Below are positions 1 to 9,187 of a DNA stretch of 22,444 nucleotides, one piece after another. Positions within the stretch are counted from its first letter, which is position 1, and every line of letters starts with the position of its first letter. Where the stretch lies: NCBI GenBank assembly GCA_030770535.1, contig JASVEC010000022.1:868001-890444 (forward strand), written 5' to 3'. Below the pieces are notes generated by a model, which saw nothing but the letters and a program-made list of their open reading frames with translations, was not told the DNA's origin and did not search any database. This DNA is from Batkoa obscura. Lineage: Eukaryota. The translations under genes and the position numbers were made by a program.

Positions 1-1159
1 ATTTTCTATTTTTATTAATTTTGGTAACTAATTCATGAATAGTTCCATTTCCTAATCCAATACCCGAAAAAGAATGTACTGTACAACCACCAATATTAAA
101 AGCAGCTATACCAGTCGATGCTGTAACTGCTAATGTTTCTGGTAAATCAAATTTTTTACGTTGGTCTATTCGAAATCGTACATTTGGATCTCTTGAATAT
201 GAATCTTCTCGGTTACAGATTTCTTCAATGATATATCTTAATAATAATGATTTGCCAGTACCTTATTCTTATTAAAAAATTATTGAAATACAAACATTAG
301 AATTTACCTGCAGATCCGGTAAAAAATACATTTTTACCATCTCTAAAGATAGCATCTACTACCTCTAATTGGGATTTTGATAGCTTACTTTTATCGATCA
401 TTATACCTTTATTTAATCCATTTGATTTTTTTGCATTAATTCTATTACTGCTATTGAGACTAGTACTCCCACTATTAAAAGAAGAGCTTTGTGATTTCTT
501 TTCATTATTATTAAAATTTCCCCAAGGCATATCCCTTTTTTTGTTTGTTAACGAATTTCCACTGTTACCTCTTTTAATATGATTATCATAAGGCCCTTTA
601 CTTGGTTTATTTGGATCACTGGATACTACATAGACTCCATTTTTGTTGCTTCCAGAGTTACCATAACCACTAAAGATACTTCTTGATACGGTTGGCGTTG
701 AAGTTGCTTGTTTAATATGTTGATATCTTTGCTGAAAAGATTGTTGTTGTATTGACATAGAGCGATTTTGTATAGGTTTTGAATACCCACCAACTTTACC
801 TAAATCTAGTTTTTGAATAGCTGAGCTAGATACAAAAGGATTACGATTGTTCGATTGAGTTAAATCTACAAATTGGGATGAATTTGAGTTTCTTGAAATG
901 GACTTATTTTGATAAGCTGGGCTACTAGTTAAATCAACTACATTACTTGATGTAATTATGGATTTTGTTTCTATAACTTTGATTCAATTTTTAATTTCTA
1001 TTTAACTTTATTTAAATTTTAATCACCTTTTTTTTCCACTCTTGTACTACTATTAGTCGTACTAACATTATTGGAGTTTTTATTAAAATAACTTAGAATA
1101 CTTGCTTGTTTACTACTTTCATTACCTTTTTTCTTGGCATTATTTTCTTGCTTATACAT
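1..1159 (-). CDS. PIF1: PIF1/RRM3-family 5'-3' DNA helicase, copy A (5' part only; runs off the left edge). Exons 1159-1027, 970-308, 261-<1
   Basis: Manual splicing of GT-AG introns 1026-971 and 307-262 gives one open frame: MYKQENN...KQASILSYF...KNVFFTGSAGTGKS (Walker A)...[26 protein letters not shown] (Pif1 motifs Ia/Ib). Includes ORF 297-758. Confidence 0.9.
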
Positions 1160-1985
1160 AAGTTTATCTTATACTAATTATAAAATAGTCTATTTTAATA
1201 AGTTAAGATAATTGATAAAAAGAAATTTGCTTTTTTTGAATAAAAAATTAAATTTGATCGATCCAATTATCAGGGATTAAAAAATGTTGATGTAACTTCA
1301 AATTTCTCGATTTTAAGTGGGCAGGTTAAGCAAGCTAGTAAAGTGGTACATTTTATAGTTGATAAAATAATGAAACGAAAATTAATATTTAGTTTTGGTA
1401 TTACCTAGTTATTTGATTTATATAGTGTGCGTTAAAAAGAATAACATCTAAAGATTCTTAAATGTAGGCTTAAAAATACAATTTAAGTTTCCACTCTAAT
1501 AATGATTTAAAATAACTTTTATAACTTCAAATACTTAATTATAAAATATGTTGAAACTTATCAATCTATTATAATAATATGCAATCAAAAAATAGCAATG
1601 TTTCAAAATATTAAAATAAAATTTATTGAATATTTAATTTAGAAAACTCCAATAAAAGTAAAGTTAAGATTTTAAACCAACTCCATGTAAATTAACATCT
1701 AAATCACCCAAAACGTTCGAAATTCTTTAAAGAGACACGGATCACTTGAAACTATTTCCCAGTAATATTAGTGATTTCTTTCAATATACTATTGACGGTG
1801 ATGTCCTTTACAACAATGTTTACAATACTGTTTTTAATTTTTGGTAAATATTGATTTTGATATATTAATTAACAGTATCATTGAACCTATTAATTATTGT
1901 AACATTTAAGTATCTAATCTATTATTATTGTTTTATTTTTCTGTTGCCTTACTTTAAATTTTTTTAGTTGCTTTCTATTTGTTAT

Positions 1986-4606
1986 TCATATGAGTTCATA
2001 TTGCTCATCCCTTTCATTAGTTGTATACTGTTTGTAATATTCAATAACCCTAGGATGAGCACGAATTTTATCAGGTGAAAAATTAAGCACCTGTAACCCT
2101 TGTAGAGAAGTAGCACGCGATAAAGCAACATAAGCTTGCCCTAATCATAAATAAACACATAATTATAATAATATACTATTATTTACCCCTTTCAAATATT
2201 TTACGTAAATCCACTTTAACTTTTTGCAAAGTTTGACCTTGGGATTTATGAATTGACATAGACCAAGCTAATAAAAGGGGTACCTAATAATTATTAGTAA
2301 AAGAATTTTTAGGATTTAAAATGATAGTACTTGCTTTCTAGCGCCCAAAACTTTATTATCAACTTCATAAGTCGATTCTTCTGGCGTAATGGTAATTTCT
2401 ATCCCATCCGAAAACCTAACAATAGGATATATGTTATAATGCATACCCTCCTTCTTAGTAAGTGAATCATAATCTAGGATCCCATCCTCTTTTAACTTAT
2501 TTAATGTATCTGGATCAAGTGCACCAATACCAGAGAATCCAGTAACAATACCAAGGCTGCCATTTACCAAGGAGCGATCTTTATTTGGCATATTTCTCAA
2601 TAACACTACTTGAGCATTAACTTTTAAAATTAAAGTTTCTGGGAATAATGTATAATTATCCATGTTATCTACTATATGTTTTACTTCGCCATAATCTTTT
2701 GCTTTAAAAATATGTAATTCACCAGGTAATTCTTGTAACCTTGTCATGTTGGCTCGATCTACTTCTGAACGTGTAGGGAATCTAAACAGATTAGTGAATA
2801 ATTCTTTTAAAAAACTAGATTAACTATTTACAATTCAGCACCTTGAATACCATCACCATTAGATGGTAATGTGCGTGAAATTGTTTTAAATATTTCTACT
2901 GCATTAGTACTCACTCGTCCCATCCTTATTTCATTTAACATAGTTGTAAATTCTAAAAAATCAGCCAACACTAATACTAAATTTAAATTAATTTACCTGG
3001 ATCACGTTGTCTAAAAATCTCAGTTAAAACTATGGTTCTATCAATACATTTATTCCAGCATTCTGATTCAAAACAAAATTTTGCTTCCTTATCTCGACTA
3101 ACTGGTGGCAATTGTAAAAAATCTCCAGCTATAATTAACTAATGTAATATAATAGGCTTTACTATATCTAACATTGATTCAAATATATTATATTACCTGA
3201 ATACCACCAAAAGGCTTACCTCTTACCTCCACTATCTCTTCTCTTATCTTACAAGCTATTTGCTCAAGTTTATCAAAAAGCTCACCATTCAACATTGAAA
3301 CTAAAAAACGAAAATTAGAAAAGTAGTCTAATATTATTTATATAATACTTACTTTCATCAATAATTAAGTACTTTAGCCTAAGCCACCTTTTAATACTCT
3401 TTTTATTCGTAATAATCTTTTTAACCAATTCTTTGACAGTACCAGTTCCTAATCCAATACCCGCAAAAGAATGTACAGTACAACCACCAATATTAAAAGC
3501 AGCTATACCAGTCGATGCTGTAACTGCCAAAGTATAGGTAACCCGAAGTTTATATTTTGATCAATTCTAAAACGTATGTTTGGATTATAAGAAATAGGAT
3601 TTTCTCGATTACGAATCTCTTCAATGATATATCTTAATAGCAATGATTTTCCAGTACCTTAATTTTTTTACGATTTAGTCTACTAAATAAAGATAGCTAA
3701 ACTTACCTGCAGATCCAGTAAAAAATACATTTTTACCATCTTTAAAAATAGCGTCTACCACCTTCACTTGCGACTTAGTCAATTTACTTTTGTCTATAAT
3801 AACATCCTCATTAATGTCGTTATCGTTATTCTCATTTCCTCTACTGTTTAAATTGAAATCATTTCCACTATTAGATGATGAGTTTTGAGCTCTTTTTTCA
3901 TTGTAATTGAAATTTTCCCAAGATGCGTTTCTTTTTTTATGTGTTCTAAAGTTTTCACTTACAATACTATTATCATGCAATTCCTTAATTGACTTTTTTA
4001 GGTCATTTAAAACCCCATAGAGATCATCAATCTTGATTTCAGGGTTACTATGTTCACTGAAAGTATTTATTACTTCTGATTGTTTTGAAGTTGATTGTTT
4101 TAGATATTGGTTGGAAGCGGAACTGCTTTGAGCGTATTCTGGATAGTTGTTACCATTGTTCAAATTTAATTGTTCATTCCCTAAATAAGATACTGGCTTA
4201 TTTAAACTTTTTGTTTTGGATTTGCTCTATCAATTGCTTTGAAGTTGTTAATAATCGGTTTAGATCTAACAACTGTGCTGAAACTGTTATTGACTGGGCT
4301 AGGCTGTTGTTTTGGGTTAGATCTACCAACTGCGCTGAACTTGTGGTTGGTATGGATAATTCATTTTGATAGTTTGGACTATCAGTCAAATCAACTACAT
4401 TACTTGACGCAATCATGAACTCGCTTTCTATGTTTTATTTTATCATTGTTTCAGTTCTTCAAAAATATTATTACCTTCATTTTTTACTTTGTACTATCAT
4501 TGGTTGTACTGACATCGTTTAAGTTTATATTAGAGCCATTTGATCTACCTGACTGTTGATTACCTTCTCCAATCTCTTTTTTATCTTCGCTGTTTTGATT
4601 ATACAT
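1986..4606 (-). pseudogene. PIF1: PIF1-family helicase, copy B, with three apparent 1-nt frameshifts (pseudogene or assembly errors). Exons ~4606-4475, 4427-3707, 3657-3353, 3300-3197, 3138-2997, 2952-2832, 2781-2331, 2283-2187, 2140-1986
   Basis: The main helicase motifs are present: [80 protein letters not shown]. The first two intron positions match copy A. The frame breaks at ~4488 (giving TAA at 4486-4484), ~4210 and ~3535. PIF1 identity is very secure; pseudogene status is less so. Confidence 0.75.
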
Positions 4607-5181
4607 CACTAGATCTTATTAATTACAAATTTATTCTATAACAAGTTGATAACAACAACTAAAAAAGTATGTTTTTATAATTTTATTCTGGGCAACAATC
4701 AGAGATAAGTTGGTGTTGGTGTAATTTTAATTCTCATTAAGTAGATAATTTGATTAGCTTATTGAACAAATGAAGCTTTATTTGATAACTAATTGGTTGG
4801 AGATGGTGTAAATTAGTAAAAATTGTGAGTGCTTTAAAGGTTTTTGTTTTTTAATATTGCTCAAAAAATATACAAACTTAACTATTAAAAATTCCTAAGA
4901 AATATATTCAATATTTTATGCTATATAATACTCTGAATAGTATTTATTTTTTAAATTCAGTAGAGTTTTTTTATATAATTTTAATCTTTGTTAAAAAACT
5001 TTATTGATTGTTGTTTGCTTATTTATATCATATAAAAAATTATAGGAAAACGTTATAAACTAAAATTAGCACAACATTTATGACTTGATATATTTAGTAA
5101 ATTATGATTTTTTAAATATAGCCTTGCAAGTTAGTTTATATAGCATGCTTTGAAAGCAATAACATAATGATAGTTAATCTA

Positions 5182-5217
5182 AAAGTTTAATGTTAAAGTT
5201 TAATGTTAAAGTCTAAT
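5182..5217. repeat. 13-bp tandem repeat (AAAGTTTAATGTT x ~2.8)
   Basis: Read directly from the sequence. Confidence 0.7.
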
Positions 5218-5363
5218 AATGGCTGCTTTAAGCAGCTTTACCAAATATTTAGTAAAATAAAACAAGATGAATCTTAATAATTCACTACAAATAGAAAATA
5301 GTATGGAATTTCAATCATGATTTTTGAAATCAAATTTCAGGCCTTAAATTGATTATTGAAATA

Positions 5364-5458
5364 TGGGGGTATTTTTGTTTAAGGATTTTACTAACAATTT
5401 TTCTGCTTAAATAGTGCTTAAAAGATAGAAAAAGTGATGAAGCCAAAAAATATCCCCG
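5364..5458 (+). mobile_element. ~95 bp MITE-like dispersed repeat, copy 1
   Basis: Inverted termini TA|TGGGGGTATTTTTG...CAAAAAATATCCCCG|TA. The internal sequence (TAAGGATTTTACTAACAAT...AAATAGTGCTTAAAA...TGATGAA) is shared with the copies at ~7045, ~13983 and ~14601. Confidence 0.7.
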
Positions 5459-5555
5459 TATACTCTTATGTTAAATAAAAAGATGAAATTAAACAATGAT
5501 AAATAGAAATTATTACTTATTGATTTCATTTGGCTTTATATATCATGTTGGAATT

Positions 5556-6947
5556 ATTTTCAAAATAAAATAAAAATTAGATTAATCAATCAATTTGTAT
5601 TTAGTAATAGTTATAACTATATTAATTATTAGAAGTAAGATAATATTAAGGTCTTAGGAAATATGTTTATTTAATACTTGGATTTAGCATAATCAGAAAT
5701 GGAAGTAAACTTAAAGTCAGGAACCAAATCTTTATGATTACCAGGGAGTTTGATATCACCTAATTCAATATCTTTACGAAGATAATATGAGATTTTACCA
5801 AAGAAATCAACATTTGGATCATCTAATACCTTTTGTACTTCATCTAAAGAGATATGAGATACTTGGAATTGTTTACCAGTAACTTTACTAATATCTTTTA
5901 ATATATTATTAATAGTGGTATTTTCTCCAACGATATTTACAGTAGTATTTTTAACATTTGATAAATGATAAGTTTGATATACAAATTTAGCAATATCATC
6001 TAAACTAGTAACGGTTAGTTCAGTATCTCCTTTACCAACAATCTTAGCTTTAGAATTAGCTACATCAATACCATAAAATTCAGTAGTAATATGTTGAATA
6101 AAAAATCCATTAGTATAAAATATATAGTTCAAACCGGATTCCTTGATTTGCTTCCTAATTTCAATCTTTTGTAAAAACAATGGGTTGGTTTTACCTTCTA
6201 CTTCACTACCAAATTCGGAGGGTATAAATAATTTGACTTTTGAATTCACTGCTGCTTTAATTAAATTAGTTTGAATAGCTGATAACCCATCACTACCTAT
6301 AGCAGATATAACAACATCAATATCTTTAAAAGCCTCATTTAAACTACTCAAATTATCATAATCAACTTGATATATTTCAGCATTATTTGATTTATATTCT
6401 TCCAATATTGCATTTTTACTGCTACTTCCTTTTCTAGTTATTACTCTTACTTTAACTTGTTGATGACTAAGAAACTCTCTGACTATATATTTTCCAAGTT
6501 CACCAGTACCACCAACGATAGCTATGTTTTTATATTCTTGAGGGATAGTGTTTAAAGCCATTGTTTATTTTTTTATTTTGCAATTTTGTTATTTTATGTT
6601 ATTTAATATTCTGTTTTGTAAATACTCTAGTTGATTTTTGTTTGATATTTATATCATTTTCTTTTGCTAATAGTTTCTAATAATTGTATATTATTATTAA
6701 TTCTCTATTGAAATTTGAGCTTAATTTTTATTTAAATTACAATTATTCTCTAATTTTAAGCTAAGATTAGTAATTAGTCTAAAAATATAACAGTAATGAT
6801 ACAATCTGATTCAACTTAATAATAGGCTATATAGTATCCAAAGATCATTTTATAAGCTTTACTTCTGAAAGCTTGTTTATTAATAACATAATTTGATGCT
6901 TCAAGGCTATAAGATAGAAGGTTTTATTACTAATAGGACCCTAAATA
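5556..6947 (-). repeat. Left arm of ~1.39 kb inverted duplication
   Basis: Reverse complement of 7781-9172. Paired positions sum to 14728 at the start codons, stop codons and both arm ends. The only mismatch noticed in spot checks is a CT/TC swap at 5603-5604 vs 9124-9125. Confidence 0.95.
5671..6561 (-). CDS. NmrA-like / isoflavone reductase-like atypical SDR (NAD(P)-binding), 296 aa, intronless, copy 1
   Basis: Rossmann motif IAIVGGTGELG, plus DVVIS, VKLFIPSEFG followed by the conserved Lys (QKIEIR), YTNGFF and TSLDDIAK, typical of the PCBER/IFR-like family. Confidence 0.92.
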   Translation of the reverse strand: MALNTIPQEYKNIAIVGGTGELGKYIVREFLSHQQVKVRVITRKGSSSKNAILEEYKSNNAEIYQVDYDNLSSLNEAFKDIDVVISAIGSDGLSAIQTNLIKAAVNSKVKLFIPSEFGSEVEGKTNPLFLQKIEIRKQIKESGLNYIFYTNGFFIQHITTEFYGIDVANSKAKIVGKGDTELTVTSLDDIAKFVYQTYHLSNVKNTTVNIVGENTTINNILKDISKVTGKQFQVSHISLDEVQKVLDDPNVDFFGKISYYLRKDIELGDIKLPGNHKDLVPDFKFTSISDYAKSKY

Positions 6948-7044
6948 ATATTACTAAGAGTGGGTTACTGTTGAGCAAAATAACTCTGCATAGGATATGA
7001 TATTATAGTATTTTATAAAATAAGCAAATAGTATAGAGATAGTA

Positions 7045-7148
7045 TAGAAATATATATTATGTTTAAGGATTTTACTGGTAATTTTTCCGCTCAAATAGTA
7101 GTACTTAAAAAAATGGAAAGAGTGATGAAATCAAGAAAATACCCCCCA
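7045..7148 (+). mobile_element. MITE-like repeat, copy 2 (left terminus degraded), inside the palindrome spacer
   Basis: TGTTTAAGGATTTTACT...CTCAAATAGT...TGGAAAGAGTGATGAAATCAAGAAAATACCCCCCA|TA aligns with copy 1. Confidence 0.65.
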
Positions 7149-7780
7149 TATCATGCTTAATTTTAATATAAACACCCTTACATAAAAATACAAGATTTAT
7201 GTTGGATAACTTGGTCAGTAATACATAAAACTAGCTTACAAAACAGAGGTGTAAAAAGGTTTGTGTTGAATTCCAGGCATTAATTCTCTATAGTTTTGTT
7301 AATATTTATTTAGTAATATGTAAATGTAGTTTAATAAATTACTCATTGCGAAATTTATTATTTATAAATGACATTAAACTTACATAATACCAACAAAATA
7401 TTCAAAAACACAAAATGCTCAAAAAGTATACAAAAAAGTAAATAATGTGAATTTGAAGTGGGAAAATGTGATAAATAATATAGTTAGAGACAAAAGTGAT
7501 TCAACAGTGCATTATTTTCTAGGTTTTTTTAAAACAAAATATTACACCATTGATTCACATTTGGCCTTAACTATATCTGTCCAATTATTTAAAAAATTTA
7601 TAGCTACTACCAATTAGGTAAATACTCCGTACTGTTACGTTTTTCCACTTTACTAAATCTACATTAGTAAGTTCAAGCATAGTATTAATTTTGTACTATT
7701 TGCCTATTTTGTAAAATATAACATAACATCACAGTTTTAAATAGTTACACTAGTCAGCAATTATACTTTAATAATAGTGA

Positions 7781-9172
7781 TATTTAGGGTCCTATTAGTA
7801 ATAAAACCTTCTATCTTATAGCCTTGAAGCATCAAATTATGTTATTAATAAACAAGCTTTCAGAAGTAAAGCTTATAAAATGATCTTTGGATACTATATA
7901 GCCTATTATTAAGTTGAATCAGATTGTATCATTACTGTTATATTTTTAGACTAATTACTAATCTTAGCTTAAAATTAGAGAATAATTGTAATTTAAATAA
8001 AAATTAAGCTCAAATTTCAATAGAGAATTAATAATAATATACAATTATTAGAAACTATTAGCAAAAGAAAATGATATAAATATCAAACAAAAATCAACTA
8101 GAGTATTTACAAAACAGAATATTAAATAACATAAAATAACAAAATTGCAAAATAAAAAAATAAACAATGGCTTTAAACACTATCCCTCAAGAATATAAAA
8201 ACATAGCTATCGTTGGTGGTACTGGTGAACTTGGAAAATATATAGTCAGAGAGTTTCTTAGTCATCAACAAGTTAAAGTAAGAGTAATAACTAGAAAAGG
8301 AAGTAGCAGTAAAAATGCAATATTGGAAGAATATAAATCAAATAATGCTGAAATATATCAAGTTGATTATGATAATTTGAGTAGTTTAAATGAGGCTTTT
8401 AAAGATATTGATGTTGTTATATCTGCTATAGGTAGTGATGGGTTATCAGCTATTCAAACTAATTTAATTAAAGCAGCAGTGAATTCAAAAGTCAAATTAT
8501 TTATACCCTCCGAATTTGGTAGTGAAGTAGAAGGTAAAACCAACCCATTGTTTTTACAAAAGATTGAAATTAGGAAGCAAATCAAGGAATCCGGTTTGAA
8601 CTATATATTTTATACTAATGGATTTTTTATTCAACATATTACTACTGAATTTTATGGTATTGATGTAGCTAATTCTAAAGCTAAGATTGTTGGTAAAGGA
8701 GATACTGAACTAACCGTTACTAGTTTAGATGATATTGCTAAATTTGTATATCAAACTTATCATTTATCAAATGTTAAAAATACTACTGTAAATATCGTTG
8801 GAGAAAATACCACTATTAATAATATATTAAAAGATATTAGTAAAGTTACTGGTAAACAATTCCAAGTATCTCATATCTCTTTAGATGAAGTACAAAAGGT
8901 ATTAGATGATCCAAATGTTGATTTCTTTGGTAAAATCTCATATTATCTTCGTAAAGATATTGAATTAGGTGATATCAAACTCCCTGGTAATCATAAAGAT
9001 TTGGTTCCTGACTTTAAGTTTACTTCCATTTCTGATTATGCTAAATCCAAGTATTAAATAAACATATTTCCTAAGACCTTAATATTATCTTACTTCTAAT
9101 AATTAATATAGTTATAACTATTATCAAATACAAATTGATTGATTAATCTAATTTTTATTTTATTTTGAAAAT
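7781..9172 (+). repeat. Right arm of ~1.39 kb inverted duplication
   Basis: Reverse complement of 5556-6947; the spacer between arms is 6948-7780 (833 bp). Confidence 0.95.
8167..9057 (+). CDS. NmrA-like / isoflavone reductase-like atypical SDR, 296 aa, copy 2 (protein identical to copy 1)
   Basis: ORF translation is identical to that of 5671-6561. Confidence 0.92.
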   Translation: MALNTIPQEYKNIAIVGGTGELGKYIVREFLSHQQVKVRVITRKGSSSKNAILEEYKSNNAEIYQVDYDNLSSLNEAFKDIDVVISAIGSDGLSAIQTNLIKAAVNSKVKLFIPSEFGSEVEGKTNPLFLQKIEIRKQIKESGLNYIFYTNGFFIQHITTEFYGIDVANSKAKIVGKGDTELTVTSLDDIAKFVYQTYHLSNVKNTTVNIVGENTTINNILKDISKVTGKQFQVSHISLDEVQKVLDDPNVDFFGKISYYLRKDIELGDIKLPGNHKDLVPDFKFTSISDYAKSKY

Positions 9173-9187
9173 TATAAAGTAACCAAC

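Noticed and set aside
4085..4369. 94-aa plus-strand ORF
   Set aside because: Antisense shadow of PIF1 copy B exon 2, with a non-ATG start and no recognisable motif.
1..4606. PIF1 genes as Helitron Rep-helicase
   Set aside because: No HUH Rep domain upstream of the helicase, motifs are of the cellular Pif1/Pfh1 type with host-like short introns, and no Helitron termini were seen.
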